The notes under the pieces: generated by a model
Told to the model about the DNA's origin: nothing
The model's database searches: none
What the model saw: the letters and a program-made list of their open reading frames with translations, nothing else
Assembly (NCBI GenBank): GCA_051117555.1
Contig: JBNPEG010000086.1
Coordinates: 27,742-91,741, forward strand
Length of the DNA: 64,000 nucleotides
Direction: 5' to 3'
DNA from: Elainellaceae cyanobacterium
GTDB lineage: Bacteria > Cyanobacteriota > Cyanobacteriia > CAZCXK01
Position numbers and translations under genes: made by a program
Part shown: piece by piece, positions 1-10,755 of the stretch
How positions within the stretch are numbered: the stretch's first letter is position 1
Layout of the letters: each line of letters opens with the position of its first letter

Positions 1-307
1 TGCCTGTCAACCGGCTGAGAATCGTTTCGATGCTTGCCGGATTCGCAAAGTAAACTGCGACCCCATCGGGCACATCAAAATCTTGAAAGCTATGGAAAAG
101 GTTTGAGCCACGACGTGCTCCACCTTCAATCCGAAATTGATTGGCTCGAATCTGCTGAATATCAGACCGATCGGAACCTAGAGTGTCATTAGGAACGGGA
201 CGAGCGATCACCACTAAGCAGCCTCCTGACCCGAGTGTCAGTCCAATCGAGACCCCTATTCCAGCGATTACGGACAGGCATATTTGAGGTAACCTCTTGA
301 TAACCAC
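1..307 (-). CDS. Filamentous haemagglutinin N-terminal domain protein (5' part; runs off window start)
   Basis: Not in ORF track; manual translation from GTG at 307 (AGGAG RBS upstream): signal-peptide-like MVIKRLPQICLSVIAGIG.. then IEGGARRGSNLFHSFQDFDV..VYFANPASIETILSRLTG, the typical cyanobacterial FHA/TPS N-terminal motif. Confidence 0.85.
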   Translation of the reverse strand, partial: MVIKRLPQICLSVIAGIGVSIGLTLGSGGCLVVIARPVPNDTLGSDRSDIQQIRANQFRIEGGARRGSNLFHSFQDFDVPDGVAVYFANPASIETILSRLTG

Positions 308-486
308 GTCTTGCTCCTTAGCAGCGAATACCTGCCGTGTATCTTGAGTTCAGCAACGCCGGTGATGCGGTCGTCATCTGTTTTTAGATATGGGCAAGGC
401 TTATGAAAGGCTTCGTTAGTACTTTTACCTTACGACGCCTCAATGACGGCACTGTCGTTTAAATAATTTATTCTGATTAGAGCATT

Positions 487-674
487 TATAGCCCTACGGG
501 CTCTTTGTGTGGTGATCCCGCGCGGCGTATGCGTTTAGCGCATGTGTGAGATCCCACGCTGTCGCTGCCCGAAAAAGGGGGCTATTTACAGGGTGTTGAA
601 GTCCTCCTTTTCAAGGGGGATTTAGGGGGATCTCTAGGGCGTTACGCTAAATACATACAGAGCGTAAGGCTATA
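487..674. mobile_element. MITE-like element (TATAGCC TIR family) with nested REP-like repeat
   Basis: Ends TATAGCCCTACGGGCT / AGAGCGTAAGGCTATA; the same ends occur inverted at 53860-53951; contains CCTTTTCAAGGGGGATTTAGGGGGATCT. Confidence 0.65.
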
Positions 675-675
675 C

Positions 676-1458
676 TTAACTGGATGCGCTTGTGTAAAAG
701 CGGAGGGCAAATCGCCAAAACAGCTTAGAGACATAGAGTAGGGCGATCGCCAATGCTAGCGCTCCAATCATCCATTCCACGTCTCCACGATGAAGCAATG
801 CCTGCGCCGGGATTGTGGTGAGAAACGCCACAGGCACCACAAACGTGAAAAAAAAGCGATATGCCACCGGATACGCCACAATGGGAAACCGCCCCGCTTC
901 GAGTAAGCCCCGCAGCACTTCGGTCACGTTATAAATTTTCACGAACCAAATGCTGGTCGCACCCAACATAAACCACAGGCTGTAAAGACTCAGAAACCCG
1001 CACAGCAGCGGAAGAATCGCAGCCAGATAATTCGTCCATCCGAGTTCCAGCTTACTCCCGGCGTAGACCACTAGAATCGCGCCAAAAAATAAATCGGACG
1101 ATCCCCACGGCGAGACGGTGCGCGTCGATAGCCAAAATTGAGAACTGATTGGCTTCAGCAAGACAAAATCTAAGGTGCCCTCTTGAACCTGACGCACGAT
1201 TTGATTGAGGTTAGGCGCTAAAAACGTTGCGGAAAATCCTTGCAGCAGCGTAAACACGCCTAAAACGACGAGCGCCTCTTCCCACGACCAATCTTGAAAC
1301 GTGTAGTTGGTTCGGTAGAACAGAAACAACCCAAACAGGCTACCCGCCAAGTTTGCGAGGCTCGTTAGCGCAGCGATTAAGAAGTTAAGACGATATTCTA
1401 ACTCGGCGGCGATCGCCGCTCCCCAAAATAGCTTTAAGACCTTGAGATAGCGACCCAT
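676..1458 (-). CDS. ABC-2 type transporter permease (DUF990-like)
   Basis: Multi-TM protein with GTLDFVLLKPIS motif; in operon with second permease and ATPase. Confidence 0.9.
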   Translation of the reverse strand: MGRYLKVLKLFWGAAIAAELEYRLNFLIAALTSLANLAGSLFGLFLFYRTNYTFQDWSWEEALVVLGVFTLLQGFSATFLAPNLNQIVRQVQEGTLDFVLLKPISSQFWLSTRTVSPWGSSDLFFGAILVVYAGSKLELGWTNYLAAILPLLCGFLSLYSLWFMLGATSIWFVKIYNVTEVLRGLLEAGRFPIVAYPVAYRFFFTFVVPVAFLTTIPAQALLHRGDVEWMIGALALAIALLYVSKLFWRFALRFYTSASS

Positions 1459-1472
1459 TTGGATGCAGTGAA

Positions 1473-1676
1473 TTACTGTTGCTCAGTCTCCCTAAGTGAA
1501 CGATACGCCTCAACAGCCACCGCTGACAAGAAGGGGAGTGTCCACAAAAAACTCATAAACGGGCAGCGCACCGATAAGGAATGTAGCGCCATGCCTAGAC
1601 TCACTGCCAGCCCAACGGGAGTCGTGAGAAATTCTACAAATTCTAACACCCGCAGTAAGCCGAGTAGTAATGCCAT
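1473..1676 (-). CDS. Small hypothetical membrane protein (~67 aa)
   Basis: ATG at 1676 with GAGGG 5 nt upstream; hydrophobic stretches; co-oriented, stop 14 nt before the permease start. Confidence 0.45.
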   Translation of the reverse strand: MALLLGLLRVLEFVEFLTTPVGLAVSLGMALHSLSVRCPFMSFLWTLPFLSAVAVEAYRSLRETEQQ

Positions 1677-1810
1677 ATATGCCCTCAACGGTTTGATTTC
1701 AGCAATTCAAACATCCTGTTGCGCTCTTTCACTATAAAGGATGCTCTAGCCTACCAGGGGTTAATTATTGATTTTGTCAATGTTGTAACCGAAAGATTTA
1801 TAAATCTTTA

Positions 1811-2590
1811 CTATGCGCCCATGCCTGAGTATTGCTTAAGCCCCTTTCGCCAAAGCCAACGATTGAGAACAAAGAAAATTCCCGTCCACACGATCATGGT
1901 GATAAAAATACGGGGAATATCCACCGGAATCCCCACCAGCAAGCTAGCAGGATAATAAATCAAATAGGGAAACGGCAACCAAACCACGACCTGGCGAACC
2001 GCCTCAGGAAATGTATCAAGGGGAGCAATCAAGCCAGAGAGAAACAGATAAAACAAAAACCAGAAACTCTCGATCGCACTGGCTCGCTCTGTCCAGAAGG
2101 CAAACATCGCAAAGGTATATTGCATCACGAATCGCAGCGTAAACGCCATCATCAAAATCACCAGTGCGATCGCCACATCTGCCAAATCAGGGAGCCAGGC
2201 GGCTTGGGGATAGACCAAAAAAAACAAGCCCATCACTAGAAGCACAAACGGCATGCGCGCAAAGCGTTCGGCAAAGTGAGACGCAAAATGATGCCAACCC
2301 GGATCGAGCGGTTGCAAGAGTTTGGGAGACAGCCTACCCTCTACAATTTGGCGTTCAAACTCCCAAATCACCCACACCACGCTAAACTGCCGGACAAAAA
2401 ACACCGCAATGAAATAGCGAATAAAGTCCAGAGAGGTTAGCCCAAATTGCCCACCCGCAGCCGCCTTGGCCCAAATGCCCATGAGAATCAGCGGTAGGCT
2501 GCCAGAGAGTACCCAAAACAGCAATTCTGCCCGATATTCGAGCATGTAGGCGTAGTAAACGGTGATCAGAGTTTTAGCGGTGCGAATCAT
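1811..2590 (-). CDS. ABC-2 type transporter permease
   Basis: Multi-TM; EGRLSPKLLQP and WLPFPYLIYYP motifs; ATGA overlap with ATPase stop. Confidence 0.9.
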   Translation of the reverse strand: MIRTAKTLITVYYAYMLEYRAELLFWVLSGSLPLILMGIWAKAAAGGQFGLTSLDFIRYFIAVFFVRQFSVVWVIWEFERQIVEGRLSPKLLQPLDPGWHHFASHFAERFARMPFVLLVMGLFFLVYPQAAWLPDLADVAIALVILMMAFTLRFVMQYTFAMFAFWTERASAIESFWFLFYLFLSGLIAPLDTFPEAVRQVVVWLPFPYLIYYPASLLVGIPVDIPRIFITMIVWTGIFFVLNRWLWRKGLKQYSGMGA

Positions 2591-3579
2591 GCGTCATGTC
2601 CAACGGTTCCAGCTCGAAACACCCGTCCGATTACTTCCTCCACGGGCGGATCGGTGATGGTCATATCCAGCACGTTGAGATTGGCAAGAATGCGGGCGAT
2701 CGCCCCCGTCAGTTCATCTCGGCGGACGATAAATCGAGCCACACACCCCTCCAAGGCTTCTAATTCGCCATACGCACTCAGGTCGTCTGGCGCACAGCCC
2801 TCTGCCAGCTCAACTTTGACCTCTCGATACGGCGCAAAGCGTTCGAGTAACTGATCTAAATTGCCGTCATAGATGAGTTGACCTTGATAGATGAGCAAAA
2901 CCCGTTTACACAGAGCGGTGATGTCTGCCATGTAGTGACTCGTCAGCAGAATCGTCGCCTGATAGCGCTGGTTATATTCCCGCAAAAATTCTCGCACGCT
3001 CACCTGAGCATTCACATCAAGCCCCAGGGTCGGTTCATCGAGAAACAACACCTTCGGACGATGCACCAGTGCAGTGAGCAGTTCTGCTTTCATGCGTTCT
3101 CCGAGGGAGAGCTTGCGAACGGGTTGAGTCAGTTTGCTCTCCAAGGTCAGCATGTCTGCTAATTCCCCAACGCGTCCCCGAAACTCTTTATCCGAGATGC
3201 CATAGATAGCCGCATTAATTCGCAACGAGTCTAGAGTCGGCAAGTCCCAAATGAGCTGCTGCTTTTGCCCCATGACGAGGGTGATATTTTTCAAAAACTC
3301 AGGCTCTCGTTGAAAAGGCGTGTGCCCAACCACATTGACCTGCCCTTTCGATGGATGGATCAACCCCGTCAGCATTTTGAGCGTGGTGGTTTTTCCTGCG
3401 CCGTTGGGTCCCAAAAACCCCACCACCTCTCCTGAATCAATGCCGAAGGTCACGTCTTTGACAGCTTCAACCTGTCGGTAGGTGCGTCGAAAGAAGTGAG
3501 TTAGTGTGCCTTTGAGCCCTGGCTCTTTGACAGCGACCGGATAGACTTTGCTCAGATGATCAACCGAAATAATCGGCAT
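2587..3579 (-). CDS. ABC transporter ATP-binding protein
   Basis: Walker A GPNGAGKT, signature LSLGE, Walker B LFLDEPT, H-loop. Confidence 0.95.
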   Translation of the reverse strand: MPIISVDHLSKVYPVAVKEPGLKGTLTHFFRRTYRQVEAVKDVTFGIDSGEVVGFLGPNGAGKTTTLKMLTGLIHPSKGQVNVVGHTPFQREPEFLKNITLVMGQKQQLIWDLPTLDSLRINAAIYGISDKEFRGRVGELADMLTLESKLTQPVRKLSLGERMKAELLTALVHRPKVLFLDEPTLGLDVNAQVSVREFLREYNQRYQATILLTSHYMADITALCKRVLLIYQGQLIYDGNLDQLLERFAPYREVKVELAEGCAPDDLSAYGELEALEGCVARFIVRRDELTGAIARILANLNVLDMTITDPPVEEVIGRVFRAGTVGHDA

Positions 3580-3754
3580 AGATGCCGTTCCTATGGCGTG
3601 AAATGCACACCCTTATCGTAACGGGATCAGCCGCTAGATTGCGGAGCGATCGCCCTGCTTCCATAACCAATGATTTCACCGATTTCACCAACATAAGCGA
3701 TCGCACCTCTGCCATTAGCTCTGCCATTAACGTTGCAGTCCGTAACTAACGATC

Positions 3755-3911
3755 CTGATGGACTGACAAAAGATTCAGAGGCTGGCGGTTAAACCCGCGC
3801 CTACACAAGCAAAGTCGGCTTGCGCCGACTCGTTTCAACCCGCGTAGGCGGGTTTTCCCCGTGTAGCAGCAGTTTTAACTGCCGCTACACAACGTTTTGT
3901 CAGTCAATCAG
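3755..3911. mobile_element. MITE with 17-bp TIR and 9-bp TSD
   Basis: CTGATGGACTGACAAAA ... TTTTGTCAGTCAATCAG flanked by perfect direct repeat CTAACGATC (3746-3754, 3912-3920); second copy at 38454-38657. Confidence 0.9.
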
Positions 3912-4711
3912 CTAACGATCACAGTCATGAAACAGGCGATCGCTCATTCGCATGCATCAACAGATATAGATATTAATAATGATAACCATTGGATTTAAAC
4001 CTTTAATTTGATTCAGAATCGTGCAATCAAACTTAGTTTATTCCAAATCAAACGGCATTGATAAATATGATTAATAAAAACACCCACCTTCAAACAGAAA
4101 TTTGAACGTTAATTTCTATGATCAATATTAGAAATATTAGACATATCTAGACTCAATTTTCTAATAATCGGTATTGCAATATCAATGTGAAGAGTTTTCC
4201 CTAAAGACAAAACATCTCATTTTCAACGACGAGTGAAAAACTTAAATACAGCAAATGATTAAAACTATGAATACTGTGTCAAATGATCAAAACTACGTAT
4301 TAGTCACCTGTATTAGTTGCCTATAGGGGTTTATAGCTGTATGTCCAGTGCGGAATTGAGAGAGCCTCCAAGAAAATTTGTATAAGAATTGACTGTCTGA
4401 AATAGTTAGAATAGCCATTCCACAGCAGAGTCTAGACGTCTTGAAATCCTTCAGCGTAGCCAGCCATTGTAGACAAGTATGCTCGGTTAAAAGATCACTC
4501 TACCCAACAAAAATGATTAAGCAAGAATTAAGTCATCTTTAAATAAGAAAAACGAATTAGCGCTATGCCCTCTCTATCAAGAATCAGAGTGTAAGCTTGA
4601 TAACTGAAATTAGATAACGGTGGTAGATAAGTTTAGATATTGGGTCTATAAAGGATAGAAAAGCGTAGATTTTGATGCATCTTACTTTTTCTTGTTTAGG
4701 ACTACACCACT

Positions 4712-7111
4712 ATGACAGTTGCAACGCCTCTTCAAACCAAGCCGTTATCCGATGAAGACATTCGCAAGATTCATGCTTACTGGCGTGCCTGTAACTATCT
4801 GGCCGTTGGCATGATTTATCTGCGAGATAACCCCCTGCTCAAAGAGCCGCTTCAACCCGAGCATGTTAAGCAACGCTTGCTGGGGCACTGGGGTACGAGT
4901 CCTGGGCTCAGTTTTCTCTACGTTCATCTCAATCGAGTCATCAAAAAATATGACCTCGACATGATCTATATCGCAGGGCCGGGGCACGGTGCGCCTGGGA
5001 TTTTAGGCCCCGTCTATCTGGAAGGAACCTATTCTGAGATTTATCCAGATAAGAGCGAAGACGAAGAAGGCATGCGGACCTTCTTCAAACAGTTCTCGTT
5101 TCCAGGAGGCATTGGTAGCCACTGCACACCCGAAACGCCAGGCTCAATCCATGAGGGTGGAGAACTCGGCTATAGCCTTTCCCATGCCTATGGAGCCGTT
5201 TACGATAATCCTGATTTAATTGTGAGCTGCGTCGTGGGAGACGGCGAGTCAGAAACAGGTCCCCTCGCTACCGCCTGGCACTCGAATAAGTTTCTCAACC
5301 CGATTCGAGACGGTGCAGTGCTGCCGATTTTGCATTTGAATGGCTACAAAATTGCCAATCCGACCATCTTGGCGCGGGTGAGCCACGAAGAACTGGAGGA
5401 TTTATTCAAAGGATATGGCTATAAGCCCTATTTTGTGGAAGGAAGTGACCCTGAAACCATGCATCAGACGATGGCGGCGACGTTAGAAACCGTCATTTCT
5501 GAAATTAAAACCATTCAATCAGAAGCTCGCAGCTCAGGCGTGGCGAGGCGTCCACGCTGGCCGATGATTGTCCTGCGATCGCCCAAAGGTTGGACTGGCC
5601 CTGCCCAAGTAGACGGCAAGAAAACCGAAGACTTTTGGCGATCGCACCAAGTCCCCCTTTCTGGCATGCACAAAAACCCTGAGCATCTCCAACTGCTAGA
5701 AACCTGGCTGAGAAGCTATAAGCCGGAAGAACTGTTTGATGAAAATGGCACGCTGATGCCCGACCTGAAAGCGCTTGCACCAACCGGGTCTCGTCGCATG
5801 GGGGCAAATCCACACACAAACGGCGGGTTCTTACGAAAAGATCTGAAGATGCCCGATTTTCACCACTATGCCGTTTCGGTTGATCAGCCCGGAGCCGTCG
5901 ACGCCGAAAACACGCGTCCGCTGGGTGACTTCCTGCGAGACGTCATGCGCAATAACATGACCAATTTCCGGCTGTTTGGTCCCGATGAAACCGCATCAAA
6001 CCGCCTCAGCGCCGTTTACGAGGCTAGCAAGAAAGTCTGGATGGGCGATATTTTGCCAGAAGATTCGAACGGCACCGAAATTGCCACGGATGGGCGCGTC
6101 ATGGAGATGTTGAGCGAGCACACTCTCCAGGGCTGGTTAGAAACCTATCTCTTGACGGGGCGACACGGATTTTTCCATACCTATGAGGCATTTGCCCACG
6201 TCGTCGATTCGATGTTTAATCAGCATGCCAAATGGCTCGATATCTGTAAGCACGAAGTCCCCTGGCGATCGCCCGTTTCCTCGCTCAATATTCTGCTCTC
6301 ATCAACGGTATGGCGGCAAGATCACAACGGCTTCAGTCACCAAGACCCAGGCTATGTCGATCTCGTCACCAACAAAAGCCCCGAAGTCGTGCGGGTCTAT
6401 TTTCCGCCCGATGCTAACTGTCTACTGTCGTGTGCTGATCATTGCCTGCGAAGCAAGAACTATGTGAATGTCATCGTCGCAGACAAGCAAAAGCATCTCC
6501 AGTTCTTAAACATGCATGATGCGGTTACGCACTGCACCAAAGGCATCGGCATTTGGGAATGGGCGAGTAATGATGACTGCGGTAAAGAGCCGGATATTCC
6601 CGACGTGGTGATGGCAAGCTGTGGCGATGTGCCCACGATGGAGTCACTGGCAGCCACGGCAATTCTGCGAGAAGAATTTCCCGAACTTAAGGTGCGGTTT
6701 GTGAATGTGGTCGATCTGTTTAAGCTCATGCCAGACACCGAGCACCCGCACGGACTCTCCGACTGGGATTTTGACAGCCTGTTTACGACCGACAAACCCG
6801 TTATTTTCAATTTCCATGGCTATCCCTGGCTGATTCACAAGCTGGCCTATCGACGCACCAATCATAAAAACCTGCACGTGCGGGGCTATAAGGAGAAGGG
6901 CAACATCAATACGCCGCTGGAACTGGCAATCAATAACCAGATTGATCGGTTTAACCTAGTCATCGACGTGATTGATCGCGTACCGCAGCTTGGATCAGCC
7001 GCTGCCTATGTGCGCGAACGCATGCGAAACGCCATCATCGATCACCGTAGCTATGCCTACGAAAACGGAATGGATAAGCCGGAGATCGTCAACTGGAAAT
7101 GGCCTTACTAA
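4712..7111 (+). CDS. xfp: Phosphoketolase (xylulose-5-P/fructose-6-P)
   Basis: [18 protein letters not shown], ThDP motif [25 protein letters not shown]. Confidence 0.97.
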   Translation: MTVATPLQTKPLSDEDIRKIHAYWRACNYLAVGMIYLRDNPLLKEPLQPEHVKQRLLGHWGTSPGLSFLYVHLNRVIKKYDLDMIYIAGPGHGAPGILGPVYLEGTYSEIYPDKSEDEEGMRTFFKQFSFPGGIGSHCTPETPGSIHEGGELGYSLSHAYGAVYDNPDLIVSCVVGDGESETGPLATAWHSNKFLNPIRDGAVLPILHLNGYKIANPTILARVSHEELEDLFKGYGYKPYFVEGSDPETMHQTMAATLETVISEIKTIQSEARSSGVARRPRWPMIVLRSPKGWTGPAQVDGKKTEDFWRSHQVPLSGMHKNPEHLQLLETWLRSYKPEELFDENGTLMPDLKALAPTGSRRMGANPHTNGGFLRKDLKMPDFHHYAVSVDQPGAVDAENTRPLGDFLRDVMRNNMTNFRLFGPDETASNRLSAVYEASKKVWMGDILPEDSNGTEIATDGRVMEMLSEHTLQGWLETYLLTGRHGFFHTYEAFAHVVDSMFNQHAKWLDICKHEVPWRSPVSSLNILLSSTVWRQDHNGFSHQDPGYVDLVTNKSPEVVRVYFPPDANCLLSCADHCLRSKNYVNVIVADKQKHLQFLNMHDAVTHCTKGIGIWEWASNDDCGKEPDIPDVVMASCGDVPTMESLAATAILREEFPELKVRFVNVVDLFKLMPDTEHPHGLSDWDFDSLFTTDKPVIFNFHGYPWLIHKLAYRRTNHKNLHVRGYKEKGNINTPLELAINNQIDRFNLVIDVIDRVPQLGSAAAYVRERMRNAIIDHRSYAYENGMDKPEIVNWKWPY

Positions 7112-7124
7112 GAGCGTTCCAGCA

Positions 7125-7249
7125 CTAGTGTTGTGACATGCCTAAAATAGTGCAAATCCCTAAAGGGCTGAAGCTCTTGAATCCGGTGCGTTACGCTGCG
7201 CTAACGACACCCTACCTAATGCATTATTTTAGCTATGCCACGCCAGTAG
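7125..7249. mobile_element. MITE-like element with ~30-bp imperfect TIR
   Basis: CTAGTGTTGTGACATGCCTAAAATAGTGCA vs reverse complement of right end CTACTGGCGTGGCATAGCTAAAATAATGCA. Confidence 0.6.
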
Positions 7250-7345
7250 GTTGGTGTTGAGCGTAGCGAAACCCAACAAGCTCTGGTATCGTTGGGTTTT
7301 CCTTACGGAATGCTTAGCAAACGCTATGGCTCAGCCCCAACCTAC
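7246..7345. repeat. GTAG-type REP-like inverted doublet
   Basis: GTAGGTTGG..GAGC..AAACCCAAC ... GTTGGGTTT..GCTC..CCAACCTAC palindromic pair. Confidence 0.7.
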
Positions 7346-7355
7346 GAGATGAGCC

Positions 7356-7435
7356 CAGTATAAGACGACGGAAGTTTCATACCCATAGTGTGAGCGTCTC
7401 GCTCACGTCGCGGGCAAGATGCCCGCACTCCCACT
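7356..7435. repeat. Dispersed repeat shared with 25848-25957
   Basis: Core TGTGAGCGTCTCGCTCACGTCGCGGGCAAGATGCCCGCA nearly identical to the copy at ~25881-25920. Confidence 0.75.
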
Positions 7436-7497
7436 GTGCCAACAGCCTATTTGCGGTTCCTATTCCCATACTCCTGTAATGTTTTGAGGCATCGGCG

Positions 7498-8496
7498 ATG
7501 AAGATTGGAGTCTTTAGCACAAAGCCTTACGACAAGCGATTTCTCAATGAGGCGAATCGCCCCTATGATCACGAACTGGTGTTTTTTGAGCCTCGGCTGA
7601 CACCAAAAACGGCAGTCCTAGCAGATGGGTTTCCAGCAATCTGCGCATTTATTAATGACCAGCTTGATGAACCCACGCTACGGGCGATCGCCTCAACAGG
7701 GACTCGACTGATTGCCCTCCGCTCTGCCGGATTCAACAATGTCGATTTGAAGGTCGCAGCAGACCTTGACATGACCGTTTTGCGGGTGCCTGCCTATTCG
7801 CCGTATGCGGTGGCAGAGCATGCCGCAGGGCTGATCTTGATGCTCAACCGTAAGCTCTATAAAGCCTACAATCGCGTTCGAGACGATAATTTTTCACTCA
7901 GTGGATTGCTTGGCTTCGACCTGCACGGCTCAACGATTGGCATTATAGGCACGGGTAAAATCGGTCAGTGTTTTGCTCAGATTATGAAAGGCTTTGGGTG
8001 TCATCTCCTTGCCTATGATGTGTACCAAAATCCCGACTGTTTGGAGTTGGGTGTCAAATATCTTGACTTGCCTGAGGTGTTAGCAACGTCTGATATTGTC
8101 TCGCTGCACTGTCCTCTGGTGGCAGACACGTATCACCTCATCAACGACAAAACGATTGAGCAACTCAAGCCTGGAATGATGCTGATTAATACCAGTCGGG
8201 GCGGGCTCGTTGATACGTCTGCTGCGATTCGCGCAATTAAGTCTGGCAAAATCGGGTATTTAGGACTCGATGTCTACGAAGAAGAAGCCAATATCTTTTT
8301 TGAAGACCTGTCGGATACCGTGATTCAAGATGACACGTTTCAGTTGCTCCAGTCATTTCCCAACGTGGTGATCACCGCGCATCAGGCATTTTTTACTCGC
8401 AATGCGCTAGAGGCGATCGCCCAAACCACGCTTTCAAATATCACCGATTTTGCCGAGGGGCGACCGTGCCCCAATCAGGTCAAATTTCAGCCCTAA
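7498..8496 (+). CDS. ldhA: D-lactate dehydrogenase (D-2-hydroxyacid dehydrogenase)
   Basis: LRSAGFNNVD, RVPAYSPYAVAEH, GTGKIG, INTSRG, LDVYEEE, TAHQAF. Confidence 0.9.
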   Translation: MKIGVFSTKPYDKRFLNEANRPYDHELVFFEPRLTPKTAVLADGFPAICAFINDQLDEPTLRAIASTGTRLIALRSAGFNNVDLKVAADLDMTVLRVPAYSPYAVAEHAAGLILMLNRKLYKAYNRVRDDNFSLSGLLGFDLHGSTIGIIGTGKIGQCFAQIMKGFGCHLLAYDVYQNPDCLELGVKYLDLPEVLATSDIVSLHCPLVADTYHLINDKTIEQLKPGMMLINTSRGGLVDTSAAIRAIKSGKIGYLGLDVYEEEANIFFEDLSDTVIQDDTFQLLQSFPNVVITAHQAFFTRNALEAIAQTTLSNITDFAEGRPCPNQVKFQP

Positions 8497-8509
8497 GAGT
8501 AATGGACTT

Positions 8510-9679
8510 TTAAACCAAATACGGCACGGATGGGTTTGCCACTGGGTTGGCCAAAGGCGCATACAGCGTGTCTCGTTGCTGAGCGGGTCGCCCCAACGAG
8601 GCGATCGCCCGTTGCAGGTCATCGACCTCCATACAGGTTCCACCCTGGGCACCCGCCATCGTGGTGATGTGTTCTTCCATGAGCGTGCCGCCGATGTCAT
8701 TACATCCCCATTGGAGCGCCTCGGTCGCGCCTTGAAGCCCTAGCTTCACCCAGCTTGGTTGATGATTCACAATCCAGTTGCCTAAGAAAATCCGCGCGAC
8801 AGCCGTCAGCAACAACGCATCGGAACGTACAGGCTGGTCGCGTCCTACCCGACGGCGCAGTGGCTTTGGAGCATCTTGCCCCACAAAGGGCAGCAAAATA
8901 AATTCGGTAATGCCGCGATCGCCTCGGTGGTAAGCTGCCTGCTGGAGCGATCGCAGGTGCCCCAAATGACGAATCTGCTGTTCTGACGTTTCAATGTGTC
9001 CCGACAACATCGTACTCGTCGTTGGCATGCCGAGGCGATGGGCGGTTTCCACAATGTCTAGCCAGGTTGCCGTATTAATTTTTTCAGGGCAAAGAATTTG
9101 TCGTACGATGTCATCCAAGACCTCTGCCGCAGTGCCGGGCATGGAACCAACTCCCGCGTCTCGGAGCGCCGCAATCACAGCCGCGTAACTCACCCCATCT
9201 TCGCGGGCAATAAATTCGACCTCTTGAGGCGAAAAGGCATGAAGATGTAGATTGGGAAACTCATCTCGGATGGTCTGAATAAGCCGCACATAATAGGCTA
9301 GCGAGGTTCCGTCTCGCTTTGCTTTGAGATTCAACCCCCCTTGCATACAGATTTCCGTTGCTCCACGCTGCACCGCATCGGTTGCTTTTTCAAGAATTGT
9401 GGCTTCATCCAGCCAATACGCGCCGTCTTGGCCTTCATCTCGACGAAAGGCGCAAAAGCTACAGTGCTGCTCGCAAATATTTGTGAAATTGATGTTGCGA
9501 TTCACCACGTAGGTAACGGTGTCTCCAGACTGCCGATGGCGAAGCTGATCAGCCACCTGTTGAATAGCGGCGATCGCTCCCGGATCAGTTTGGATGAGCA
9601 ACATAACGCCCTCTGTCTCGGTAATGTCTTCTCCGTGAAGAGCGCGTTTTAGAATTGAATCGACAGCTTGAGGTATCAC
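8510..9679 (-). CDS. cofH: FO synthase subunit CofH (radical SAM)
   Basis: [17 protein letters not shown]xxxCxx[31 protein letters not shown]. Confidence 0.9.
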   Translation of the reverse strand: MIPQAVDSILKRALHGEDITETEGVMLLIQTDPGAIAAIQQVADQLRHRQSGDTVTYVVNRNINFTNICEQHCSFCAFRRDEGQDGAYWLDEATILEKATDAVQRGATEICMQGGLNLKAKRDGTSLAYYVRLIQTIRDEFPNLHLHAFSPQEVEFIAREDGVSYAAVIAALRDAGVGSMPGTAAEVLDDIVRQILCPEKINTATWLDIVETAHRLGMPTTSTMLSGHIETSEQQIRHLGHLRSLQQAAYHRGDRGITEFILLPFVGQDAPKPLRRRVGRDQPVRSDALLLTAVARIFLGNWIVNHQPSWVKLGLQGATEALQWGCNDIGGTLMEEHITTMAGAQGGTCMEVDDLQRAIASLGRPAQQRDTLYAPLANPVANPSVPYLV

Positions 9680-9736
9680 AAAAATTCAGCGATAAAATAC
9701 ATCACTCTTCATTGTGACAGTCTATAGGGGCGATCG

Positions 9737-10516
9737 CTAGGCAGGGACCAATTCAGGATGGAGCGTGAGAATCTCAACACCATCCTTTGTAACGGCGATC
9801 GTATGCTCAAACTGAGCCGATAGCTTTCGATCCTTAGTTACCGCAGTCCAATTATCGTCAAGCACCTCAACCTCCCAGGTGCCTTCATTAATCATCGGTT
9901 CAATGGTAAACACCATTCCGGCACGCAGCTTTTTGCCTTTCCCTCGCGTTCCATAGTGCGGAACCTGCGGCGCGGTGTGAAACACCCGACTGACCCCGTG
10001 CCCGACAAAATCACGCACGACTGAGAAATGGTTCGCTTCTGCATATTCCTGAATCGCCGCGCCAATATCCCCGATGCGAGCTCCTGGTTTTACTTCAGCA
10101 ATGCCTCTCATCATGCATTCTTCCGTGACTGCGACCAGCTTCTCAGCAAGCGGAGACGAGTGACCCACAAAAAAGGTGCGAGACGTATCACCGTGAAATC
10201 CATCGAGAATTGGTGTGACATCGATGTTGATGATATCGCCGTCTTTCAAAATTTGCTTTGCGTTGGGAATGCCGTGGCACACCACCTCATTCACGCTGGT
10301 GCAAATTGACTTCGGAAACCCGTGGTAGCCAAGAGGGGCACTGATTGCACCGTGCTCACGAGTCCACTGCTCGGCTTTGTCATTCAACTCTAGAGTGCTG
10401 ACTCCAGGTTTCACAAAGGGTTCTAAATATGCTAACAACTCCGCCGCCAAGCGTCCGGCTTGACGCATCTTTTCGATTTCGCGGCTAGATAATATGACAA
10501 TCGGTTCGCTATCCAT
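9737..10516 (-). CDS. map: Methionine aminopeptidase type I
   Basis: SVNEVVCHGIP, GDTSRT, GHGV, FTIEPMIN, SAQFEHT. Confidence 0.97.
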   Translation of the reverse strand: MDSEPIVILSSREIEKMRQAGRLAAELLAYLEPFVKPGVSTLELNDKAEQWTREHGAISAPLGYHGFPKSICTSVNEVVCHGIPNAKQILKDGDIINIDVTPILDGFHGDTSRTFFVGHSSPLAEKLVAVTEECMMRGIAEVKPGARIGDIGAAIQEYAEANHFSVVRDFVGHGVSRVFHTAPQVPHYGTRGKGKKLRAGMVFTIEPMINEGTWEVEVLDDNWTAVTKDRKLSAQFEHTIAVTKDGVEILTLHPELVPA

Positions 10517-10583
10517 GAACGTTTTAGTATAGTTCTATCTACTTTATAGTAACCATCTTCCTTACACCTTTATAGTAACCATC

Positions 10584-10722
10584 GGGAACATGTCACCTTT
10601 GCAAATTTGCCCTCATCCCCCAACCCCTTCTCCCAAGCAGGGAGAAGGGGAGCCGGATTGAAGTCCCTCTCCCGCTTTGGGAGAGGGATTTAGGGTGAGG
10701 GCTACAAAAGTGACATGCACCC
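10584..10722. mobile_element. MITE with TIR and 9-bp TSD, REP-like core
   Basis: GGGAACATGTCACCTTTG ... CAAAAGTGACATGCACCC flanked by GTAACCATC (10575-10583, 10723-10731); internal CCCCTTCTCCC..GGGAGAAGGGG and TCCCTCTCCC..GGGAGAGGGA hairpins. Confidence 0.9.
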
Positions 10723-10755
10723 GTAACCATCTTCCTTACACCGTGAACTAATCGC

